From assembly GCA_965113315.1 (NCBI GenBank), contig OZ220364.1: a stretch of 64,000 nt of DNA; one strand, written 5' to 3'. The position numbers were made by a program, and so were the translations under genes. Origin of the DNA: Podarcis vaucheri. Its lineage: Eukaryota. The notes beneath the pieces are model-generated. The model saw only the letters and a list, made by a program, of their open reading frames with translations. It searched no databases and was not told the DNA's origin. Below are positions 25,924 to 38,707 of this stretch, one piece after another; positions within the stretch are counted from its first letter, which is position 1, and every line of letters begins with the position of its first letter.

Positions 25924-27049
25924 TGTTAATACATACCCTGATGTTATTTTCTTGTGTCTTTCTTTAACCGATTCATAACTTTTATAAACTGTACAGAACA
26001 CTTTGTGGAAGGGTAGCATTAAAAAAATAAATAAATCTAAATGAGTAGTTAATGCCACAGCACCTCGGAAAGTTATCTACAAACAACACTTGGAATTTCT
26101 TCTCTCTTCTTTTAAACGGCGTCTTTTCAGAGTGCTATAATGCAGGTTGTCAACAGACCTCAGTAAACAAGCACCTAATCATCCCTGGTCTCTCCAGGGA
26201 GAAGCATGCTAGTTGCAACAGCAGTCTTGATCACTCATCACTCATCTGTCCCCAAAAAACATTATTTCGGCAGAAGGAAAAACCCAAGACACCATATTAC
26301 ACTTTAGTTGAAGCAGCTGCACTGGCTGTTTGTATACCAGCAGGCAGGTTCACGGTGTTGTTACTTGTTTACACTGCCTAAACAACTTGGGACCCAGCTA
26401 TTTGAGAGACCACTTCTTCCTTTACAACCCTGCTTGGCTACTACATTTGATGGTAGAGGACCCTAAGAGCTCCTACTTTTAGCCTTGCATCCACCACAGT
26501 GTGGCATTCACTACCATCTGATCTAAGGCATTATCCAACAAACTACGCTTTCAGGTGTATGCTAAAGATTATTATTATTATTAACTGGAGACTTGTCTGA
26601 AATTATTTTGTTTACAGTAAAACTGTCACAATTATTTACAACGATCACAGGGCAGTTGACAACATAAGGAAAGGACTATCAATTAAACAAAAAAGCCCAG
26701 ATATTTGGTCATGTGTATCCACTGTGAGACAGACAGTTTCTTTTCATACAAATTCAATTTATTATTTAGCATGAGCAACAGACTGCTTTTGCCAAAGGTC
26801 ACTGAACATAGCATCCTGAAGCAGTGTGCTGTGCCTCTAGCATCTCTGCTGAGGCCTGTGGCACTCTCTCAAGTACAGATTTCATCTGCAAACATTTAAT
26901 CGTATGTTCCCCCAGTATAGGTGTCCTTCCACTCCTTATTTCTTCAAGAGCACCCTTATTTCTTTCCATGACACACTGGATTCATCATTTCCCGACACCC
27001 AGCCCAACAACATTTGACCATCCTACATAACCCTCTGTAGTTTCCTTAC

Positions 27050-27234
27050 CTTAATGGTCTGAGAGTTCGCAGTAGCCTCAGGACTCTTAGCATTCCAAGG
27101 ATTTTTGTGCCGCTATCGGAAACCATCGAAACCAGGATGTCAGCCACTGAGATGAGAACCAACACCCCATCCAGCACATTCCAACTACTTCTCAAGTATG
27201 CCTTCTCACCAAAGCACAAGCCTAACGCCACCAC
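27050..27234 (-). CDS. CACNA1G: Cav3.1 exon ~21 (IIIS3-S4) [61 protein letters not shown](R)
   Basis: 185 nt, tgacag|GTG...TTAAG|gtaagg. Confidence 0.96.
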
Positions 27235-28355
27235 CTGTCAAGATGTCAAAATTGCAACAAAAGATGACGACTTGAGTCAATATGTTGAATGCATTATTTA
27301 CAGATATGAGACTGCAAATGCATTGGCTTCCCAGTTATAGAAACACAACTAAGCCAATCCTGCAAAGTGTTATAATGTAAGGTTCGTAAAAAATAACTAT
27401 GCAGAAACATCCCAGATTGTGCCTTTAACAGCTGATGTATTTTTAATGCAGTTAAAACCTAATTGCGCAAAAGTGTCTGCAATAATGTATAGAAATTACA
27501 TAAAAGAATGGCACACACGATTAATATTTTCTTACAGCTGACTGCAGATTTAAATGGTTGGAAGCTGCTGACCATATGCTATCCTGAGCCACAAGGCTTT
27601 CAAACAATTTTCAGGTCACCACAACAACTAAAATGAATCATTTGAGAGGTTGCTAATTTCACACACGCTAGCTTTGTTGGAAGCAAACAAAGCTTTGTTG
27701 GAAGCCTACACACTGGTGGGAAAGGGTGACATCCCCACCAATTCCCAGCAAGTTAGAAAGTGTCAGCCTAGCATTTAAAACTCTGGCCTTTTCAGAGGCA
27801 AGCAGGTCTGAATGGTAAATCTCTTAAAAGAGCATATAGCAGATACAAACTGAGATGTCGAAAATGAGCCCTTGTGGAATGTGCTTGGTCTTCATTTAGG
27901 TTACATGGCAAGCTGCTGCACAGGGTCTCAGTTCTGTGGTTCATAAGGTCAGCAGATGGGAGAACACACTCCACTAGCCAACCTCGGTTAACAGGGATGG
28001 GGAACTTGTGACTCCCCATGTTGTTGGATTCCAATTCTCATCAGGCCAGGCAAGCATGGCCAAGGAAAAGGGATGGTGGAAACTGTAGTCCAGCACCATC
28101 TGGTTTCTATTCTTGCTCTATTAGCTGCTACAAACATGTAGCTTAATTGTTTAGAACTCAATGAGTGCATATGAGTTCCAAACACTCTCAGAGGTTTTGC
28201 ATGTGCATGCTGGGATGTCCCAGTAGGGAAGCCTGTTTTCACAGGACATGTGAGTACTGGCATAGAGCTTATACTGATGAAATGAATTCAGTAGGTAGGA
28301 AAGATGTGTTTCATGAGGGTTCAGGATGAGGCCAAAAGGCCAAAGGGTAATTTAC

Positions 28356-28424
28356 CTTGATGGTCATTTCAGCCAGGAAGATTGCTGTGAAAATATAGTT
28401 GGAGAGTGTGAGGAAAATTCGTTC
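28356..28424 (-). CDS. CACNA1G: Cav3.1 exon ~20 (IIIS2) [23 protein letters not shown]
   Basis: 69 nt, aaatag|GAA...AAG|gtaaat; not in the ORF track. Confidence 0.95.
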
Positions 28425-29213
28425 CTATTTAAAAAGAGAGAGAGAGAGATGCAATATTTTAATCTCATTTGCCAAGCTGTGCATATTTACATACCTGGGA
28501 GCTGCTAAATGGTTTCTTGCTTTCATGCCGAAATACCCACAATGTTTGCTATCAAAGAAGAAACAAGTCCAAATATGTACAGGATAACATTTAATTTCAT
28601 GAACGCCCCTTTGCTTTTTCTTATGCACATTTATCTGTGTTAGTACCATGGACAGCTGCTGGCTCTCTTATACATTGAGGTGGGATATGCACTGCAAATC
28701 ATTTTCCTGCAGTACAATCTCACATCTTTCTCTATATTCCTAGAATGAGCAGTGACATCTTTTTACTTGTACTAAGAATTCCAGAATACATGGAAGTGCC
28801 TGATAGAAAGTGGAAGGCACCAGAAATAGTGTGTGTTGTGTGGGGCTGTTGTGCATCCCATGTAAAGTTCAGGACATATTAAATACATTGCTGAGAGTCT
28901 TGGTACCATCCTTGCTTTACAAACAAGCTGAGCACCAGCTTTCTGGAGGTAGGCATGCAAAGCAGTTCTTGCAAGGGGAGGAAAATCTAGATCCCACCCT
29001 CCTATCTGCCACATTACCACAGCTGTCCACCTCAGTTTCCTCTATGACTGCTGTTCGTGCAGAGCTGGGTTTCCTAATCCACATGTGTGAAGGGAATCTG
29101 AAAGATGTGTGAGTATCCTTTTTCTTTTGACCCAAGTCCTGTGAATTTTCTTCCTTTCTCTACATTTAAGGTGTAGTTCAGGAGAGTCAATGCAGTGAGA
29201 ACAGAAACAGATT

Positions 29214-29414
29214 NNNNNNNNNNNNNNNNNNNNNNNNNNNNNNNNNNNNNNNNNNNNNNNNNNNNNNNNNNNNNNNNNNNNNNNNNNNNNNNNNNNNNNN
29301 NNNNNNNNNNNNNNNNNNNNNNNNNNNNNNNNNNNNNNNNNNNNNNNNNNNNNNNNNNNNNNNNNNNNNNNNNNNNNNNNNNNNNNNNNNNNNNNNNNNN
29401 NNNNNNNNNNNNNN
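29214..29414. other. Assembly gap (201 N) in intron 19
   Basis: Run of N; the exon chain is complete on both sides. Confidence 0.99.
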
Positions 29415-29426
29415 GAAATTATAGTA

Positions 29427-29644
29427 CAGTGGTATCTCGGGTTACATACGCTTCAGGTTACAGACTCCGATAACCCAGAAATAGTACCTCGGGTTAAGAA
29501 CTTTGCTTCAGGATGAGAACAGAAATTGCACGGCGACAGCAGCGGGAGGTCCCATTAGCTAAAGTGGTGCTTCAGGTTAAGAACAGTTTCAGGATAAGAA
29601 CAGACCTCCAGAACGAATTAAGTACTTAACCTGAGGTACCACTG
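29427..29644. mobile_element. TA-flanked Tigger/pogo-type MITE
   Basis: TIRs CAGTGGTATCTCGGGTTA / TAACCTGAGGTACCACTG, TA TSD. Confidence 0.87.
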
Positions 29645-32600
29645 TAATATGAAATGAAACAAATAAAAACAATGCAAGTTTCAAGCAGTATCAACCCAGG
29701 GTCCACACTTGGGTTACCTTTGAGCACATGAGGCCAACCTACTCATTTCCAGCAATGTACACAGCTGAACCTCAATTAGCAAGGAACACAGAAACAAACC
29801 TCGTCCTTTTTCTAATTCAGTCTTCCTCAAACCTGGTACCCTCCAGATGTTTTGGATTCTAACTCTCTCTTCCACGGTAGCCAGCATGGTAAGAGATGAT
29901 GGGAGCTGAACTTCAAAACATTAGGAAGGCACCAGGTAGGGGATATAGCTGCCTAAAGTTGTCTGTGACCTTCAGGGGAATTATATATATCCCTCTTGGT
30001 GGTCTCTACCTCCCCAGTGCGAAATGCTGAACCCTGAATATTTGGAAACAGGATAGTACCAAAAGCTATTACTTATGGAAGGTACACCTTAATGGCCATG
30101 TTGTTATTGGGAAACTCCACAGCAACCAAAATTTGTTAGCATTTAGCTATTACATACCACTGCATTACAGTCCTTATCTAATTCATTTTTCATAAAAACC
30201 TCCAGTCATTGTGCTCCACATTTCCCCAAAGGGTACCTGTGGGAAATCCAAGCCTAACCTGACATCCCTATAGCTTAGCCAAAGTCCATAGGTTCCCCAG
30301 GGGTGGCTAAGGATCCTCTCTGGATCACATTTACAAATGATCACAGAAGTAGCCAGTGGAAAAGAGACTTTGCAATGATAATAATTAAAGACATCACACT
30401 TCAGACTAATCTCTTTGCAATCTCTGATTATGCTGAGGAAGAAGACGAGGCCTCCAAGATAAGAATGCTGTTCAAAACTCAAAACATGATAGATCGTGAT
30501 GTGTGGAGAATGACTCGGGAATCAGTTAATAGCCACTTTTCCAGACTGGCCTCTGTAATTAATCAAATCTTGCAGGTTCCTGCTGTGACCACACAAGTTT
30601 CTTCACCAGGAAAACATTCCCTGCCTTCTTTGGAGTACTGCACAAAAGATGGGTCTCTACAAGGTCAGCAAGCATGCCATGCAGACGAGCTGCTGGAGGA
30701 CTGGATAAGGTCCTGCTTTAAGGGCTGCAGATAAAATATTAATAGCAGTCAGAAAAGGTTTGGAATATTAGACTCCTTCGCGTGAAGCATGCAGCAATTT
30801 TAGAGTGTAATCTCTGCAGACCACAGAGAGAATTCTCAGAAAGGGATTGCAGATTGTCTAGAGGCAGTGCTCCCTCCCTCCCTCACTGCGGTGACAGGCT
30901 GGCTGGATCTGGGACAGCAAGAGAACTGGCTTGAGGCGGTTAGAAAATCCACATCTCTGGAAGGCAAAGAATAATTGGTAGAGACGACTGAAGCTCAAGT
31001 ACTATCTATTTTGGTTTCTAGGCAAGAAGTCTGTTCCATGGAGAAGTTAGTATATGAGCCCTGACTCCCTTTAGGGGTTTTTACACTGTCCCCCACTCCC
31101 AATACCAAGGTAGAGGACTACTGAAATCCTTTGTAAGCCCATGATTCATGGTCCAGCTCTCTTCTATCCTGTTGGTCACTTTTAATCCAAAATTTATTCA
31201 GTTTTCTCACACTTGAATTCAAAGACTATCCTTCTGCACATAAGAAGAGCCATGCTGGTCTACACATAACACAAGAAGAGGCCCGTCTAGACCAGCATCC
31301 TGTTCTTACAGTGGCCATTAAAATGCCTACAGGAAGTCAGACCCTCAGTGAAACAGCGATCTCCCAACTTGTACTATCCAGCAGCACTGCTTTCAACAGT
31401 GGAGACCCAACATAGCCATCATGGCTAGTAGCCATGGAAAGCCTTATCCTCCATGAACTTGAGAACAAATTCTGAGCAAAAGCTTCAGCTGCTTCTCTGC
31501 TCCTCAGCTTCAGGGGCATGTCTTTCTCCACCCCACCCCGTTTCCCATTTAATCTTCCTGGTTGCTCTACTTGACACTTCTGATCAACACCACCCCAGCC
31601 CCACTTCAAAATCTTTTCCCATGCCCATCTTTTATCCTTACGTTTCCCGTGGCCCCCAGACCTAAGCCCTTGCTCAGGAGGGGAAGTCACACCCACTGAA
31701 ATGCCCTCTTCTCCACAACCACTGAAGCTGCAGGAGCCACACATCCCCCCTGTCCTCTTTTGTACCTGGGCCACCTTATTCTCCCCCCCCCCGAAATAAA
31801 ATGCCAGTTAAAAGACCTCTGTTCAGTAGTGGATGGAGGGCTGGGGCAATGGCACCCATCTGGCCTCCAGCTGCCCTCATAGCTTCTGCATACCAGGACA
31901 GAGATGGGGAGGGACAAAGTGGTTGTGAGGTTGGCACAGTGTGAATAATACGGTGGGAACACCAGATTGGTTCCACCAGTGCATCTGCACCATGCTGACC
32001 TCTCCAATGCCTCATCCCTCCTGCTTTCAGTCCTGGTATATAGCAGCGATATGGGCGGCTGGAGGCCAGGTCAGCACTGCTGTCCCACTTCACTGCCCGC
32101 TGCTGCCTGTTTGATATTAAGTGGTTTCTTCTGAATTCTGTGTGCTGGCAGGCACCATTTTGAAATCCTATGACTATTTACTCTTAAAACGGCTAATTCT
32201 TTCATAGGTCCTGCATGCAAAGAACAATTGCTAAATTCAACCAAACCAGATGTGAGTTTGTTTCCTAATAACCTCCCTGACAACATGCAATAGAGGGATT
32301 TTTTTTTTTTAAGAAAAGCATCTGAAAGTTAATAATGGCCCACAAGCTCAAAATAGCTCTCGCCCTATCCAAATCACTCATGTAAGAATTGTTTTATAAA
32401 GCAAGTTAATGGAGAACAGTGTCAATGATTGCTCGCTCATTAAAAGAGCGTTTTTACTTTAATAGTTGGAAAGGGATTCATGTGAAGCCCCATTTGACAA
32501 AAGTTTGAAAACTCCCAGCCTTAATGAAGAGCACATTTTATTAACTAACTAACACACATGTTCAGTTTCTGTGGGTGGGGGGAGGGGAAGTAAAAAGAAA

Positions 32601-35600
32601 GAAAAGAAAAAGCAGAAACTTAAATTTGTTTTCATGCCACAGTTCTTTGTGGGTCACACAATCATTTAAAACAAAATTATGTGCTTTACCAGTTATGGAA
32701 ATCTTAGTCGGTGTGAAGTGGCTAAGCTACAAAGGCACACATCTGGAGGTAGTTCCTTGAAATCTATGGGACGCAGATTTTGTGACCCAGAAAAGAGAGA
32801 ACTTTAGCGGAACACAGGGTGGAATTGCTTCAAAATGCTGTAGTTCTTCTAATTAGGATTACAGCCGCTCTGTTCCATTCTATTCTCCCTTCCCACTGTC
32901 TGCCCACCCCACTCCGGTCAGCATTCTGTGCCCACTGCGCATGCTGCTGAATCTTCAGAGTCTTCACTCCCTTTAAAGATTTTTGTACTACTGCAAGCTT
33001 TGGGTTTTCTCCTCACCAATCCTGCTGATAACTTCCCTCCTGTGTGTGAGCTGAGCAGTGCTGTTTTGGCTCCATAAGGAATGATGCTCACAGCCTTAAC
33101 ACTGGAATGTCTTGGGTCTGAAAGCTTGATCTCCAGGGTAGGACTAGTTTTTGATGCAGCTGCTTCTAATGACTAACTGCAATGTGTTTTGAAATGACAG
33201 CCTTTGTGGTAGCTTCATCAACATGGGTTGTAGGGCTGGCCCTATCATTAGGCAGGGTGAGGCAACTGCCTAAGGTGGCAGCTGCCCTGGGGAAGCAGTA
33301 TCATCTTGTGACTTTCCTTCCTGAGCCTCGAGCTATTTTGTTCTGTTGCTACATGACCTGTTCTGGACCAGCTACTCTGCCATGCTACTCTCCAGTGTGG
33401 TAGTATATGTTATCTGGTCACCAGTGTTAAAAGTAAGATTCAACAATCAATTTATCTGGCTTTCGGTTGTGGAATTGGGAGGGGCACCATCTTATCCTTT
33501 GCTCCAGGTAGCAAAATATCTGGCCCTGGTGGTTTGGGTATGAAAACCGAAAATTTATTTTAACCTCTTGCTTGTTTTGCGACACCAGTTGGACTCCTAA
33601 CAGACATTCGCCCATGACAATAAAACCTTTCATTTGTTCATCAGCCAAACATGCCGTTAAGTTGTATGGATGGCTTCAATTCCAAACCCAGAAATTTCAG
33701 TTGCCGGTACTTTGACTTTAAAGCATTTCAATAACTAAAACTGTCATTTCATATTCAAATTTAATAGAACTCCAGAGCATTCAAATGGGTGCATTTAATC
33801 TAACTTGCCAAGTTTGAATTTACTGGTATATTCTGTTTTTAATTCAATATAGCCCAAATAAGATGTCTGAAACTGACACCAATTCCTTGATGGTTTGAAT
33901 TTCAGTAATTTGAATGGATGTGACCATTTGAAAAATACTCTTTGCTTTCAGCTCTCATTTTAAGCTAAGGGAAGATGATTCTAGAGGGGTGCAGCCTGAA
34001 TAGCATTTGACAATGTTACAGAAGCCCCCCAACGGTTGTGTGTTTTGTTTATCAGCCCCTCTTTTTGCCTCTCTGAAGCTGCAGATCCTAAGCATGCTCA
34101 CCAGAATGCAATCGCATTGAATTCAGTGGGGCGTATGTCCAAGCAAACATGCATAGGATCAGGTGGTAAGAAACTGAAATAAAATAATAGAACTGTCAGT
34201 TTAATGTGCTTTATCTGGTTAGAATCTGATTGACAGACACTGTTGCTATGAAGATCTGATTGGGAAAAAAACCCAATTATGCAAATCTATCAAAACAAAT
34301 GTTGCAGGGAACCAGAATGAAGATGTTTGTTCCTATCAAAACAAAGAGGAGAAAAAGAAGTGCAAAAAAGAGCTATTCCTTTCCTTCCTCTGTGCTGTGC
34401 CCCCAACAAATGCCAATGCAGAACAGATGGAAAGGACCAAAACCCAACATTACACCAAGAAAGCAAAAGCGTTTGAATGTTTATTGAAGAAGAAAACTGT
34501 GACAGATGCCATAGCTGTGTCAAGTATTAAAACAAGCTGATTCTGCCTTGGGAAATAGGATGCCAAAAAAGAAAAAAAAGGGGGGTGTTCTTACTTTGAT
34601 GCCTTTGGCACATGGCTGTTGTTCTTGGATATTGCAGAGTGGAATAAAAGACAGCTTGATGGGCAAAAGCAAGGAAAGCCCCTTTGCACCCACTGCTGGG
34701 AAGGGGCATTTATTGCTCAAAGTAACAGCATGCAGGTGAAGAACTAAAAAAAGAATAAGCCACAGCCAGTGATAAACTGATGAGACCTTGTCTTCTGTTA
34801 TAAACTACAGTGCTTAAACCCAAGAGCAGAGCATGGCAGCAGGGCAAGCAGCAGCAAATTCCACATAAATGCAAATCTGGAGGTCAGCTGTGCATCTGTA
34901 ATGGCCAGATGTGCCAGGCAGCCAACGAACAGGATTTGCCAAGGTGGGAATTGAAGGCAGTTTTGCCTTAACACTGAAAGTAGAAGTTTGATGCTGATGT
35001 TGCTTAGATACTAGCACTGCTTGTGTGCTTGCTTCTGTGACCCCATAATGCCTGCTCAAATATGTACATTTGTACGGTGAGGGGTGGAAACATATTATTA
35101 GGATGACACGATGTCTCTAGCCCCCTCTCCTCCTAAAAAAGCTTATCTTAGGAAGGCTGCCATGAATTTCTCAACACGTGGAGGAATTGCAGAAGTGAAG
35201 CAAAGTATGAGTATTTGAAAACACTCATCCCTTTAGATGTGTGAAGCAGACATATTAGAAGGGCAACAAAGAGTCTTGTGCATTGAAGACCGATACATTT
35301 TTTTTACAGCAAATGATTCCATGAACTAGAACCCACCTCATCAGATGCATGGAGTGTTATCTTTATTTTGATTCATTGATTCATTCAATAAATTTAAATT
35401 ATGTCCTTTGTCATAAACAACGAAGTTATCAAATAACTATTCTGCATTTAATTAAGTCAATAATGAAATATTAATAAATATTTATTATGTAGCTACAAAA
35501 ACTGCAAAACACAACGTGTTAGAACTAGTACAAAAATCTATCCTAAGCCAACAGCAGAAAGCAGTTCCGCCATTACAGCTGGGCAACACTGATCAACCAC

Positions 35601-36118
35601 TGCCAAGTGCCCTGGTGAAGAGATAGGTCTTCATTGGGCATCAAATTCCATACAAAGTAGACACCAGATACATTTCTGATGGGAGGGAGTTTCATATAGG
35701 TTGGGTGCCACTACAGAAAAGGCCCTATCTTGAGTTGCTGTCTTATATACCAATATATATGGATGTCCAAAAAGGTCTCTCCTACAGATTTCATGACCAA
35801 AGCATGTTCATAAAGGAAGAGGCACTCCTTTACATTAGGTATGTAATTATATATACACACTGCATAAAGGGGAAAATATGTAAATAACGAAGTTAAAGTT
35901 GGAGACATATGGCAATAGAATGCAGAAAGTACTTTCTGTGACAATTAAATCAGAGTGATGCATCCAATGAAGTGGGCTGTAGTCAGTGAAAGATTATGAA
36001 AAGAAAAAAAAGGGCTTTATGGTGCCACAAGCCTCTTAAGGTTGCATAAAGCAAAATTCTGAAAGTGATGTTGAAAAAGAAAGTTTTCTCCTTGAGGAAC
36101 TGTATTCATTCTTCCAGT

Positions 36119-36358
36119 CAAAATAAAAAAATTCCTTCCAGTAGCACCTTAAAGACCAACTAAGTTAGTTCTTGGTATGAGCTTTCGTGTGCATGCACAC
36201 TTCTTCAGATACCTGAAGAAGTGTGCATCTGAAGAATCTGAAGAAGTGTGCATGCACACGAAAGCTCATACCAAGAACTAACTTAGTTGGTCTTTAAGGT
36301 GCTACTGGAAGGAATTTTTTTATTTTGACTATGGCAGACCAACACGGCTACCTATCTA
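36119..36358. mobile_element. Young Penelope-like element remnant (inverted pseudo-LTR pair)
   Basis: 95-bp perfect inverted arms (36116-36210 and 36236-36330), 12-bp TSD CATTCTTCCAGT (36107-36118 and 36359-36370), hammerhead core motif. Confidence 0.85.
36174..36213 (-). ncRNA. Minimal type I hammerhead ribozyme motif (Penelope-associated)
   Basis: GGUAU-CUGAAGA-A-GUGUG(CAUG)CACAC-GAAA-GCUC^AUACC: stem I, CUGANGA, stem II, GAAA, palindromic AGCU in place of stem III, UC cleavage site. Confidence 0.75.
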
Positions 36359-36685
36359 CATTCTTCCAGTGTTACTTTTTCATGATGTTACAAAAGCTAC
36401 AGGGAAACTGCAGTGGCCTTCAGGCTGTTCATGAAATAGGATCATCTCTAGATCACCAAAGAGAGAGGTGATTGCCCACAGGTACTTTGATCTCTTGGTA
36501 AAACTAGTACAAGACTCAGTATTTTTACTTAAATCACCTTTAACCAGCTGAGATTAGCCCCCTCCCAACACCATGGCTAAAGAGATTGAAGGCAAGAACA
36601 GACATTGCTAAGAATACCACATCAGCTTGATCTGATCAGCAAGGTGGTAACCATCAGGAAGCAATGAGGCTTGGCGACTACTCAC

Positions 36686-36809
36686 AGCACTGTGTGGCTC
36701 AATTTTGGGACGTTCCATCGCAATGGTGATGCAGTTCAGAAAGATGATTACCAAGACGACATGATCAAACATCTTGTGAGTAATTATTTTATTGCATATC
36801 ACACGGAAT
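36686..36809 (-). CDS. CACNA1G: Cav3.1 exon ~19 (IIIS1) [41 protein letters not shown]
   Basis: 124 nt, tcctag|A...GCT|gtgagt. Confidence 0.96.
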
Positions 36810-38606
36810 CTAGGAAAGAGAAGAGGAAAAGAAGACTTAGGAATTACCGGTAGTTGTCATCACAAGCCTTAAGCATGCAGACTGCCATTTCTTTCTAAAC
36901 CAAATGTCTGAAACAATCCCCTCTCCCCCAACCCCCACTCTTGGGAAACTGAATCCCCACTCTTACACATTTCTTTCATTAGAATATAACTGCAGATATT
37001 TCAAATTGTTCAGGGACAGAGATTTGTTGGCATAATTCTTCTCTCAAACTTTTCCCAGCAAAGCTTATTTCAAGGCATCTCACTCTCAGAAAGATCTTCT
37101 GTTGGGAACATCACACTTTTTTTTTTAGTTGTTTGTTATACCTTATTATTATCCCAAAATTACATGCCTGAGAAAAAACTGCTAGTGTGCCACAAGGAAT
37201 GTACCAATCAATCAGTCAATGAATCAATGAATAGCTCTTGTGAGTTCATAGAGGAGGCTGTCTGCTGTGGCTCTGTACAGTTCACCACTCTCGCCTGGAC
37301 TCCCTTCTACTTGGCCTCTGCTGGAGATGGCTAATCAGTTTGGCAGTGTTTCTGCATTGGGTGCAATAGGATTATTAATGAGCTCCTGATGTGTAGTGTG
37401 TGCTGCTGAATGACTTACTGCAGAAGATGCTGTCCACCGTGTGCCTGAATGCACCACTGCTCTAGACATGCCTAGTCAAAGACATGGCCAGATTAACCAA
37501 CCATGCAGAAATGTTTTTTGTGTGTGTGTGTTTCTTTTTGTGTGTGTTTTCTGAGGTCAGGAAGTGTAATTCTTACCCTTACACATTCAAAAAGCAAATC
37601 TTTCAGGTGTACAAGTGAAGATAGGGTAGCAACTGAGAGTATGAGAGGCCAATGGGCAAAGTAAAAATAAGGGGTGGTAGTCAAACAATTATACTTACTG
37701 AAATCACATTAAAATCACTACTGCTACCAGTCCCAAAATGTATGGCTGATGCTACAGAGGTACTGTAGGGAGGAGACCTTGCATCTATCTAATGCAGAAT
37801 TCCTTACTAGTTGACTTATAAAACAACAACAACGTGAGGGTTTATTGAGTAGAAAGCAGAAAATAGTCACACTTAAGATGGACTTGTTAATAGCAACTGC
37901 AGCAAAAATTATAATTATTTTTGTTAAAGCAAATGTTTCGGTCTGCAAACACTAATCCCTGCATGTAATCACTTTAGTTTCTCTTGCTGTTGTTTCTGGC
38001 TATATGAATGAATGTTAAAGGAACACACTCTTGCCAGAATGATCTACTCTGGCAGGTAGGAGTTTTCCAGGGTCCCATCACTTGGTACCTGATCCTTTTA
38101 ACTGGAGTTGCCAGAGATCAGGGCATCTTCCACATGTAAAACAAGTGCTCTACCTTTGAGCTAGAGGGCGGTATCCAACTAACTCATTATGCCAGTGCAA
38201 GGATTTCTGCTTATACAATAGAAGTTCTCTGTTAGTGCCACAAACACTGCCCAAATCTGCTCTGGAGGGTTTGAAGAAACCTCAGAATCTATTTTGTTGC
38301 ACAAGCAGAAATCCTTGCACTGATGAAACAAGTATTAGTTGGATACCACCCACTGCCCCTCCACAATGTTGACGGCCAGCAGCTAATGCTACACAATGTA
38401 ATAATTGATTTCAAGAGGTGCTGGCAGCCATTGGACATTAGCACAAGTTCAAATCTTTCAGCTGGCAACATTTTTTTCCAGCTCCCCTTGCAACTGTTAA
38501 GTCTGCGGGAATTCTACAACTGCCATGCTCTGCAAATATTTATTTGAGCACAGAATCCTGGAGCCCTGCCTGCCACAGTGTTATCAATCACACTAAGTTG
38601 CCTTAC

Positions 38607-38707
38607 TTAGACTGAGGAGCGAAGATGTAGATAGACCAGGAATCTCTTTCTTTGCACCAGGTGGGGAGGCGTGCCCTTATCCAAGCCTTCATACGGTCCT
38701 TTTTACT
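38607..38707 (-). CDS. CACNA1G: Cav3.1 exon ~18 [33 protein letters not shown](K)
   Basis: 101 nt, ctctttaag|AGT...TCTAA|gtaagg; not in the ORF track. Confidence 0.93.

Noticed and set aside
29214-29414. The gap might hide a constitutive exon
   Set aside because: Exons 19 and 20 join in phase with continuous Cav3.1 sequence (..PHSA|ERIF..).
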